A stretch of 42,405 bases of DNA from Candidatus Rokuibacteriota bacterium (GTDB taxonomy: Bacteria; Methylomirabilota; Methylomirabilia; Rokubacteriales; CSP1-6). The position numbers were made by a program, and so were the translations under genes. Location: the NCBI GenBank assembly GCA_016184305.1, contig JACPCX010000116.1, forward strand, positions 1-42,405, written 5' to 3'. Below the pieces are notes generated by a model. The model made no database searches. It was not told the DNA's origin and saw only the letters and a list, made by a program, of their open reading frames with translations. Below are positions 35,190 to 42,405 of the stretch, piece after piece; positions within the stretch are counted from its first letter, which is position 1; each line of letters begins with the position of its first letter.

Positions 35190-35213
35190 TGTCGGAATGC
35201 AAGACCTGACCCC
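35190..35213 (-). repeat. Right end (B-type)
   Basis: Reverse complement reads GGGGTCAGGTCTTGCATTCCGACA. Confidence 0.95.
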
Positions 35214-35215
35214 CA

Positions 35216-35248
35216 CTGATGGGCCGCTCCGACCTCCCCGCCCCTCTC
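35216..35248 (+). repeat. 33-bp direct repeat, copy 2, followed by GCG TGA (displaced original gltD end)
   Basis: Identical to 26320-26352; reads [16 protein letters not shown]. Confidence 0.97.
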
Positions 35249-35308
35249 GCGTGACACCCGCCGCCGCGAACCACGCGTGCATCGGCACCGATACACGCGG
35301 CGGAATCA

Positions 35309-35337
35309 TTGACACGTATACCCGCCACACGTAACCT
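35309..35337 (+). promoter_or_regulatory. Sigma70 promoter, probably leaderless, for the GT operon
   Basis: TTGACA-17 bp-TAACCT, then 6 nt to ATG 35344. Confidence 0.7.
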
Positions 35338-35343
35338 GCCGGC

Positions 35344-36318
35344 ATGAGCGCCGTCATCGGCCCGACCGGGGCCATGCCCAGCGCGGGAGTCACCGTCGTG
35401 GTCCCGACCTACAACCGCGCCGAGAGCTTGCGGGCAACCCTCGCCACGCTGGGCGCGCAGGAGGTGCCGCCCGGGCTGCGGTGGGACATCGTGGTCGTGA
35501 ACAACAACTCGCGCGACCACACGCCGCAGGTCGTGGAGGAATTCGGCAGCACCGCGAGCGTGCCCGTCCGCTATCTCTTCGAGGGAAAGGCGGGCAAGAG
35601 CCACGCGCTCAACGCCGGCATCGCCCTGGCCACGCACGACTTCCTGCTGTTCACCGACGACGATGTCCTGACCAGTCGCGCCTGGGTCGCTTCGGCCGTA
35701 CTCGCCGTGTCGCGGTGGGGAGCGGACGGCATCGGGGGGCGCATCCTCCTGAAGTGGCCGGTGCCGCCGCCGCGCTGGCTGGCGAGGAACGCGGATGCGC
35801 AGCAGAATCTCGGGCTCATGGACTTCGGCCGGCCTCAGGCCATCGCCGCGCGCGTCCGAGGTGTGCCGGCCGTGTGGGGCGGGAACATGGGATTCAGGCG
35901 GGCCGTGCTCGAATCGCTCGGGGGCTTCGACACCACGCTGGGGCCGGTGGGCGACAAACATGCCCTGAGTGAGGATGTCGATGTGGTGCAGCGGGCGGTA
36001 CAGAAAGGCTGGAAGGTCATGTACGACCCGTCGCTGCTCGTCTGGCACACGGTGGCGCCGGAGCGGATGCACAAGGCGTATTTCCGGAAGTGGGCGTTCA
36101 GGTACGGCGAGGCCGAGGCGAAGATTCTGCGCGTCGACCCGGCGCCGCGCCTGTTCGGCGTCCCGCGATGGAGGTACCGGGCGGCGATGGCTGCTGCGGC
36201 CGGGTGCCTGGGTCGGGCCCTGCTCCTGCGGGACGACGCGTTCGACCGCCAGCGCGAGCTCTTTCGGATGCTCGGCCAGGCGTGGGGCCTGGCGCGACGG
36301 GCTCGGGCTGGCCGGTGA
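35344..36318 (+). CDS. GT2 glycosyltransferase
   Basis: VVVPTYNR, VVNNNSRD, ALNAG, FTDDD, GGNMGFRR, EDVD. Confidence 0.92.
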   Translation: MSAVIGPTGAMPSAGVTVVVPTYNRAESLRATLATLGAQEVPPGLRWDIVVVNNNSRDHTPQVVEEFGSTASVPVRYLFEGKAGKSHALNAGIALATHDFLLFTDDDVLTSRAWVASAVLAVSRWGADGIGGRILLKWPVPPPRWLARNADAQQNLGLMDFGRPQAIAARVRGVPAVWGGNMGFRRAVLESLGGFDTTLGPVGDKHALSEDVDVVQRAVQKGWKVMYDPSLLVWHTVAPERMHKAYFRKWAFRYGEAEAKILRVDPAPRLFGVPRWRYRAAMAAAAGCLGRALLLRDDAFDRQRELFRMLGQAWGLARRARAGR

Positions 36319-37922
36319 CGGCACACCGGCAGATCGCCTGCGTGGTGATGAGCCTGCGAAGCCCCGCTTACCTGGTGGACGCAGTCCGCTCGCTCCTCGC
36401 CCAGGATGAACCGGCCGAGCTCGTCGTGGTCAACTCAGGCGGAGGCGATCCCGAGAGCCTGCTGCGCGCCGCCGGGATCGATGTGCCCGTCATCACGCGC
36501 AAGGAAGTGCTCTATCCGGGAGGCGCGCGCAACCTGGGGATCGAGGCAACCGGCGCGCCCTATGTCGCCTTTCTTGCCTGCGACTGCCTGGCGGAGCCCG
36601 GATGGGTCAGCGGCAGGCTCCGCGCCCACCGGGCCGGCGCGCAGCTTGTGTCTGCGGCCATGACCAATCCCCGTCCGTACGCGATGTCGGCGGTTGCCTC
36701 GCACGTCATCCTGTTCGGCCGCCGCCTGCCCGGCACCCCGCCATCCCTGTGGCTGCACTACAGCGGATCCTATGACCGCAGGCTGTTCGAACAGTACGGG
36801 CCGTTCCGCGAAGACCTGCGAACCGGGGAGGATACCGAGTTCCGGAAGCGCCTGGGGCCCGAGGTGGTCCCGTACGCCGCCCGCGATGTACGAACGGGCC
36901 ACCGCCATCCCACCTCGATCCTCTCCCTGATCCGTGACCAGTACCATCGAGGCGGGCGCACGGTCCGCGCGTACCGCATGATCTGGGGCGACGCCGCCGT
37001 CGCGCGCGCGATACGGGAAATCAGGCGGAGCTTCCTCGATGGCCTGCGATGGGCGTGGGCGGGGACCCGGCCGGGAGACCGATGGCCGCTCATCCTGTCC
37101 CTGCCGCACAGGCTCCTCGCCACGGCCGCCGCGGCCGTGGGCGCGCGCCTTGATTCGGCCAGGCACGAAGGGGGTGCGCCGGAGCGCACTCCCCCCCTTC
37201 ATGCCTTGCTCGTCTGCCGCAACGAGATGAAATACCTGCCCGGGTACATCGAGAACATCTCTCCGCATGTGGACGGTATCGTGGCGCTGGACGACGGATC
37301 CAGCGACGGCTCCGCTGAGTTCCTGGAGAGGCAGCGCAACGTCCTGGAAGTGGTCAGGCTGCCGGCCACAACGCCGCACGTGTGGGATGAGCCCGGCAAT
37401 CGGCGCAGGCTGCTGGAGGCCGCCGGGAGGCATCAGCCCGAATGGCTTATCGCCCTCGATGCCGACGAACGCGTGGAGCGCCATTTCCGCACCCGTGCCC
37501 TGAGCGCGATCGGCTGGGCCCAGCGCCGGGGCGTGGCGGCATGCGCCGTCACGTTCCGCGAGCTGTGGGACGCTCCCGACCAGTACCGCGCCGACGGGAT
37601 CTGGGGAACGAAGCTGCGCGCCAACCTCTTCCGATGGCGTCCCGATCATGCGCTCGACGCCAAGGGCTTCCACGGGAGGTGGGCCCCCCTCAATGCCAAC
37701 CCGGGCGGCGGCTTCCCTCCCGTGGACGTCGTGATCTATCACCTGCGCATGATCCGCTCCGAGGATCGCGCGGCCAGGCGCCAGCGGTATGAAGCGCTGG
37801 ACCCCGGGAACACGTGGCAGGAGATCGGCTACGCCTACCTCACCGACACCAGTGGTATCCGGTTGGAGCGCTTGCCACCCGGCAGAGACTACTGCCCCAT
37901 CGAAGACGAGCTCTCCCGGTAA
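36315..37922 (+). CDS. Two-domain GT2-type glycosyltransferase
   Basis: GTGA overlap; GGARNLG..AFLACDC..GEDTEF, then CRNE..ALDDGSSDGS..WLIALDADE. Confidence 0.85.
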   Translation: MTAHRQIACVVMSLRSPAYLVDAVRSLLAQDEPAELVVVNSGGGDPESLLRAAGIDVPVITRKEVLYPGGARNLGIEATGAPYVAFLACDCLAEPGWVSGRLRAHRAGAQLVSAAMTNPRPYAMSAVASHVILFGRRLPGTPPSLWLHYSGSYDRRLFEQYGPFREDLRTGEDTEFRKRLGPEVVPYAARDVRTGHRHPTSILSLIRDQYHRGGRTVRAYRMIWGDAAVARAIREIRRSFLDGLRWAWAGTRPGDRWPLILSLPHRLLATAAAAVGARLDSARHEGGAPERTPPLHALLVCRNEMKYLPGYIENISPHVDGIVALDDGSSDGSAEFLERQRNVLEVVRLPATTPHVWDEPGNRRRLLEAAGRHQPEWLIALDADERVERHFRTRALSAIGWAQRRGVAACAVTFRELWDAPDQYRADGIWGTKLRANLFRWRPDHALDAKGFHGRWAPLNANPGGGFPPVDVVIYHLRMIRSEDRAARRQRYEALDPGNTWQEIGYAYLTDTSGIRLERLPPGRDYCPIEDELSR

Positions 37923-38190
37923 ACCACTGGCGCCCGAGCGCTCCCCCACCGCATGCTCATCGCGCGCCGAACACCGTTCAGAGGGCCAGGCGCCAGTGGC
38001 GTCGGAGGAAGCGGATCTGCTCGCCCGCCAGCCGCGCCGGGGTGTTCACGCTGGCCGGCGGAACAGGGACGAGGACGAGGACGGCGCCGAAGGACGCCGC
38101 GCGGCGGCTCCCGCCCGTTGCGCCCGCGGAACACATCGAGGCCGCCGCCGAGGAAGCGCATGGCCCGCGGCGCCGGGCGAAGCCTGCGCT

Positions 38191-38928
38191 TCAGCGCGCC
38201 GGGCTCTGCCAGAGGACGTGACCGACGAAGAAGGGGCCCAGGCTCTGGATGTACTCGGATGTCTGGGCCGTGTTCCGCATCGTCTGCACCAGGCGGGAGA
38301 GCGGGTGGAGGTCGCGGCTCACGAGGCCGATGACGAAGTCGTTGTCGTGGGTGTCGAGCCCGTGGCAGGCCAGGCGGACGTCGTGGGCCAGGTCGGCGTC
38401 GCCATAGCTGCGGCCGAGGGTGGCGTGCTCCCTCAGGATGGCGCTCTGCTCCTGCGGCGACAGCCGCGCGAAGGCCCCGACCCGGCGCAGCGGGTACCAG
38501 ATGGCCCAGGGCCAAGCCGGATTGAGCACGGTGCGCCGCGGACGGTTGAGGAGCCAGTCCTCCAGGTCCGACTCGAAGCCGGAAGAGTAGCTGCGGCCCA
38601 GCATGGTCAGCTCGGGCTTGAGCGTCAGGGCAGCGAAGGGCTCCGTGCTGAGCACATCGCGGAGGCGCGTGACGAAGAAGGCCGGGTCCTCGGCGCAGGC
38701 GAGCAGGCCCACGCCCCGCGGGTCGCTGACGTCGGCGTACAGCACCGCCTCGATCCGGCTCGCCTCGAGCGCCCGCACCAGCCCCTTGCCGTCCGCGCAG
38801 CCCCCGAACACCTGCAGCAGCATGAACAGCCGCCGGCTCGACGTCCGCTGATTGGCCCCACGCTCCAGCACATCCACGCTGATCTCGCTCGCTGGACTGC
38901 CCTGCTGCCCGCCCGGTCGCGTCGTCAT
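38191..38928 (-). CDS. Chlorite dismutase/coproheme decarboxylase (Cld/ChdC) family heme protein
   Basis: WYPLRR...ILREHATLGRSY...GLD..DFVIGL...MR. Confidence 0.85.
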   Translation of the reverse strand: MTTRPGGQQGSPASEISVDVLERGANQRTSSRRLFMLLQVFGGCADGKGLVRALEASRIEAVLYADVSDPRGVGLLACAEDPAFFVTRLRDVLSTEPFAALTLKPELTMLGRSYSSGFESDLEDWLLNRPRRTVLNPAWPWAIWYPLRRVGAFARLSPQEQSAILREHATLGRSYGDADLAHDVRLACHGLDTHDNDFVIGLVSRDLHPLSRLVQTMRNTAQTSEYIQSLGPFFVGHVLWQSPAR

Positions 38929-39019
38929 GCCCAGAGCCTACCAGCCCCACCCGACCTTGACAATGCAGCCCGGCGCCCGCGCGATCCCAGCGCCGTCTCC
39001 CGCGCCAGCTCGGCGATGC

Positions 39020-39117
39020 CTGTTCTTCGCGAACAGGGTGAGGCCGTCGCGCGTGGGCGGGCCGAGGACGACGAGCGTGTCGCAGCTGGTGGGCCAGTCG
39101 AGCCGGGTGTCGCTCAT
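39020..39117 (-). pseudogene. N-terminal remnant of a C69 dipeptidase/secernin-like Ntn hydrolase
   Basis: MSDTRLDWPTSCDTLVVLGPPTRDGLTLFAKN; similarity ends where SDR is expected. Confidence 0.6.
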
Positions 39118-39189
39118 CGCCCCATTATGCGACACTCTTCGGCGACCCCATTTCCCGATGCGTCCCCGGGCGCGTCCACGGAGGCGACG

Positions 39190-39447
39190 ATGGCAGACCA
39201 GGAAGACCTGCAGGCCGAGCTCGAGCGACTTCGCAAGGAGAACGAGGCCCTCAAGGCCCGCACCACGCGCGGCGTCTCCCTCCGTGTGAGCCCGAAGGGC
39301 GGCGTGTCCGTCTACGGGCTCGGCCGCTTTCCCGTCACCCTCTACAAGGAGCAGTGGGACAAGCTCCTGGCCATGGCCGACGACATCCGCGCCTTCGTCC
39401 GCGAGCACGAGGGCGAGCTCAAGGCCAAGGAGCCGCAGGTGAAGTGA
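39190..39447 (+). CDS. Small hypothetical protein (coiled coil + KGGVSVYGLGRFPVTLYKEQW domain)
   Basis: GGAGG RBS, typical codon usage, 85 aa. Confidence 0.8.
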   Translation: MADQEDLQAELERLRKENEALKARTTRGVSLRVSPKGGVSVYGLGRFPVTLYKEQWDKLLAMADDIRAFVREHEGELKAKEPQVK

Positions 39448-39659
39448 GGCGCAGGCGCGCCCGGCTCGCGATGGAGCAGGCCCCCCGGTGGACACCAGAA
39501 CACCGGCCAGTGGGCGAGCCCCCACCATCAGCGCCGGCCGCACGGCGGGCCGTCCACGCGGGTACTACCGGGTTGCGGCGCGGAGAGGCTCCAGCCGGGC
39601 GAGCGCCACGCTCACAACCTCGCAGCCCGAACCCCCGGCTTGGTTCCGGCGAGGCCGGG

Positions 39660-40061
39660 TCAGGAGGGTTCGAACAGGTGAACAATGACTTGGGCCGCTC
39701 GCTGATAATGGGCGTCGGTTGTCAAGATGGACAGGCCGTACTGCATGGCGCTGGCCGCGATCCAGATATCATTCGTCGGAATCGGAGTGCCGGCTTTCCA
39801 CAGCCCCTCTACGATCACCGCGTAGCGCTCAGCCGTTTCCTCGTCCAGGCCGACCCCGCGTACCCTTGGAGAGGATAAGAAGGTCTGCAACTCCCGTTCA
39901 TTCCTCGCTCTGTTCCGGCCTCTCCTGAAACCTGCGAGCAATTCCCCAAGAACGATGGGAGAGAAGTAGATCTCATCGGCTTGTTGGAGGGCGTGCTTGA
40001 TCGCGGCATGGCCCCGCATGAATCCTGAATAGGCCGACGTGTCCAGCAAGACCCGCGTCAT
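39660..40061 (-). CDS. vapC: PIN-domain toxin
   Basis: LLDTSAY, VLGEL, GTPIPTNDIWIAA, LTTDAHY. Confidence 0.92.
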   Translation of the reverse strand: MTRVLLDTSAYSGFMRGHAAIKHALQQADEIYFSPIVLGELLAGFRRGRNRARNERELQTFLSSPRVRGVGLDEETAERYAVIVEGLWKAGTPIPTNDIWIAASAMQYGLSILTTDAHYQRAAQVIVHLFEPS

Positions 40062-40318
40062 GACCACAGCGTGGGATCGATCACCCGCTGGCGGGCCAGG
40101 GCTCTATCGAAGGCCTTTGCTTCCACCTTGCTCCAGGACCCAGCCAGATCGTCCAGGTCATGATACGGAGACGCCTCCGTCTTCTTTCCCCGCCTTCCCA
40201 GCGTTTCTTCCAGGAGCCCAATCACGGCCTTGTTGGCGCTTGTCTGCTTCTGTCTGGCTCGCTCGCGGATGGTTCTTGCAACCTCCGGCGGGAGGTTTCT
40301 CAAGGTCACAGCCTTCAT
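40058..40318 (-). CDS. Antitoxin (FitA/RHH-like)
   Basis: MKAVTLRNLPPEV...SANKAVIGLL...DLDDLAGSWS; AGGAGG RBS; ATGA overlap with the PIN gene. Confidence 0.85.
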   Translation of the reverse strand: MKAVTLRNLPPEVARTIRERARQKQTSANKAVIGLLEETLGRRGKKTEASPYHDLDDLAGSWSKVEAKAFDRALARQRVIDPTLWS

Positions 40319-40796
40319 CGCCACCCTCCTGTGTGCAGCACCCCGTGCATCATCGTGATGCAAGTGTAACCGCCTGGGCGCTTCCAGTCAATCTCCCGGA
40401 CCGAACATTGAACCCGCACAATGATGGCGGCCTGGGCGCCGAAGCGGTACCATCGAGCGCCAAGCGCGCTCACGCGGGCCGCGCGGGCGCTCAGGGAGTC
40501 GCCTGACGCGAGCTGAGCCGGAGAGGCAAGGCGGCCACCGGGCCAGGCAGAGGGTTTTGGTAGAGTGTTCCATGGCTGACCTCCAAGCTCGTGATTGGGG
40601 CTATGCCGAGCCCACATGGCGGCTCTGGCCCCTCCAGGCTCACCCGCGTTGAGCTGGCGGTCAGCCTCTCCACTTGGGAGTCATATCTGGACCGCGGCAA
40701 CGGGTCATGGGGCCGGACGCGCCGCGGCCGGCGCGCCCCGGGGGCCGTTTGGCGCGCGACCTAATGTCGCCACAGGGTCACGAAGGAGGCAGTCCC

Positions 40797-41993
40797 ATGG
40801 ACTTAGGCGGGAGTCTCGGCCATCTCACGTATTCCACGCTCGTTCATCCCGGCGATACCTGGGAGGAGATGTGGCACAGCCTCACCACGTACGTTCCCGC
40901 GGTGAAGACACGCGTTTGCCCGAACAAGCCCTTCGGCGTGTCGTTGCGCATCTCCGGACAATCGGCCGGGCGTCTTACCGCCGATGCCAAGGAGCGCGCC
41001 CGGCTGGCGGCGTTCCTCGCCGACCACGACATGTATCTCTACACCGTGAACGCCTTTCCACACGGACAGTTCAAGGGCAAGCGCGTCAAGGAGCAGGTGT
41101 ACGAGCCAGACTGGCGCACCGACGAGCGCGCGCTGTACACGATGCAGGTCGCGGACATCCTCGCCGAGATCGCGCCCGCGGGCATCGCCCCCTCGATCCA
41201 GAGCCCGCCGTGCGGCTTCAAACCGCGCGTGACGGGGCCCGACGTCGTGGACGCCTACACGCGCCAGGTGCTCAGGGTCGTCGCGCACCTGGTCAGGCTC
41301 GAGGAGCGCACGGGAACAACGGTCACGCTCGCGCTGGAGCCTGAACCGTTCTGTTTCATGGAAGTCACCTCCGAGACCGTGGACTATTTCACCCACCACC
41401 TGTATGCCGACAAGTCCGCCGAGGCGCTCGCGAAGGACACGGGACGCTCCGTTGCCGGGGCGCACGCTGCCTTGCGCAGGCACCTGGGCATCGTCTACGA
41501 CATCTGCCACCAGGCCGTGGAATTCGAGGACATCACGGCATCGCTTGCCAGCCTGGTTGGCGCCGGCATCCCGATCTTCAAGCTGCAGGAAGCCGCGGCG
41601 TTGCGGGTGCCGGTCGTCACCCAGGAACTCGTCGACGCGCTCACGCCTTTTGCCGATACCGGTTACCTCACGCAGACCATCGAACACAGGGACGGCCGGC
41701 TGACGCGCTATCTGAATCTTGAAGACGCCTTCGCGGCCTGGAAGAAGGATCCGGGCCCCCGCGAGTGGCGCACGCACTTTCACGTCCCGGTGTTCCTCGA
41801 CGATCTGGGGATGTTCAAGACCACCCGCTCCGCAATCGAAGAGGCGTTGCGCTTCCACAAGGCAACGCCCGTGTCCAGGCAGCTGGAAATAGAGACCTAC
41901 ACCTGGGACGTCCTCCCCGCTCACCTGAAGACCGGCGACATCACCGACTACGTGGTGCGCGAGATCGAGTGGGTGCGGGGCCAGCTCACCTAG
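40797..41993 (+). CDS. eboE: EboE-like TIM-barrel protein
   Basis: LTYSTLVHPG, TVNAFP, KEQVYEPDW, LALEPEP, DICHQAVEFE, WRTHFHVP, LEIETYTW. Confidence 0.85.
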   Translation: MDLGGSLGHLTYSTLVHPGDTWEEMWHSLTTYVPAVKTRVCPNKPFGVSLRISGQSAGRLTADAKERARLAAFLADHDMYLYTVNAFPHGQFKGKRVKEQVYEPDWRTDERALYTMQVADILAEIAPAGIAPSIQSPPCGFKPRVTGPDVVDAYTRQVLRVVAHLVRLEERTGTTVTLALEPEPFCFMEVTSETVDYFTHHLYADKSAEALAKDTGRSVAGAHAALRRHLGIVYDICHQAVEFEDITASLASLVGAGIPIFKLQEAAALRVPVVTQELVDALTPFADTGYLTQTIEHRDGRLTRYLNLEDAFAAWKKDPGPREWRTHFHVPVFLDDLGMFKTTRSAIEEALRFHKATPVSRQLEIETYTWDVLPAHLKTGDITDYVVREIEWVRGQLT

Positions 41994-41996
41994 CGG

Positions 41997-42297
41997 TCAA
42001 GCAGACGACACAAGCTTGAGGTTCTCGGACACCGTGAGGTTGATGATCTGGTAGGACCGACCGATCCCGCGCCGGGTGCGCAGATGACGAGGCACATGGG
42101 TCGCGTCCTCGCCCTTGAACCTGATCCCGCCGCTCGTCGGCGCCAGCTTGCCCGCGATCATGTTGAAGAACGTCGTCTTCCCCGCCCCGTTCGGCCCGAT
42201 GACCGCCCGGAGCTCGCCCTGCGGCACCAGGAACGTCACGCGGTCCACCGCCGTCACGCCGCCGAACCGCTTCGTCAGCTCCCACGTTTCGAGAACG
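41997..42297 (-). pseudogene. Truncated branched-chain amino acid ABC ATPase (LivG-like)
   Basis: [17 protein letters not shown]...IGPNGAGKTT...GRSYQ; stops before the signature and Walker B motifs. Confidence 0.8.
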
Positions 42298-42299
42298 TG

Positions 42300-42405
42300 A
42301 GCATGGAGGCGCCCACCATGTAGAACGAGCCGTGCGCGAAGTTGACGACCCGCATCAGCCCGAAGATCAGTGACAGGCCCGAGGCCATCAGGACGTAGAT
42401 GCTGC
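42300..42405 (-). pseudogene. Truncated LivH-like ABC permease
   Basis: [32 protein letters not shown], then joins livG-like DNA and hits a stop. Confidence 0.75.

Larger units (their letters stand above)
34214..35213. mobile_element. 1-kb core unit: A end + Y1 transposase + B end
   Basis: Inverted 16-bp repeats at 34214-34229 and 35198-35213 directly bracket the transposase; its stop lies inside the A end. Confidence 0.85.
26353..35215. mobile_element. 8,863-bp cargo-carrying element with Y1/HUH (RAYT-like) transposase, 16-bp TIRs and a 33-bp flanking duplication
   Basis: DR-TA-GGGGTCAGGTCTTGCA ... TGCAAGACCTGACCCC-CA-DR. Confidence 0.85.

Noticed and set aside
24842..35248. CRISPR array or integron attC interpretation of the repeats
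   Set aside because: Copies are kilobases apart and inverted, there is no cas or intI gene, and no repeats lie between the individual cargo genes
26320..35248. Prophage or integrase-type genomic island with attL/attR
   Set aside because: No integrase or phage genes inside, and the duplication is symmetrically tied to TIRs; action of an integrase in trans is not fully excluded
37930..38190. Possible small ORF or remnant between the GT and Cld-like genes
   Set aside because: Low-complexity GC-rich translations with no recognisable motif or start signal
40330..40790. ncRNA or small ORFs upstream of eboE
   Set aside because: No recognisable RNA family or convincing coding signal

Overview
High-GC bacterial window; the gene set and style resemble Rokubacteria/Methylomirabilota (inference, not verified). 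The backbone has a CPA2 K+/H+ antiporter carrying an in-frame TAG, a ~12 kb minus-strand run (2-oxoacid:ferredoxin oxidoreductase alpha/beta, glcDEF-like, cupin, lutABC, DUF2203-like, HAD, trxB), an MBL hydrolase, a LysR divergent from gltBD, GT2 glycosyltransferases, a Cld/ChdC-family protein and eboE. Accessory DNA includes the 5' end of an IS1634-like element, a decayed DDE IS, three PIN toxin-antitoxin pairs and several gene remnants. The main find is an 8,863-bp insertion (26353-35215) at the 3' end of gltD. It is bounded by 16-bp inverted repeats (GGGGTCAGGTCTTGCA), each exactly 2 nt inside a perfect 33-bp direct duplication of the gltD terminus. Its only recognisable recombinase is a RAYT-like Y1 HUH transposase with a C-terminal HTH. 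It carries five cargo genes, including a secreted repeat/ricin-B/permuted-papain-like protein. The same ends bracket the transposase as a 1-kb core unit and form a 60-bp non-coding mini-element between gltB and gltD. This suggests a TIR-bounded, long-duplication, cargo-carrying HUH transposon family, which canonical Y1 elements are not known to be.
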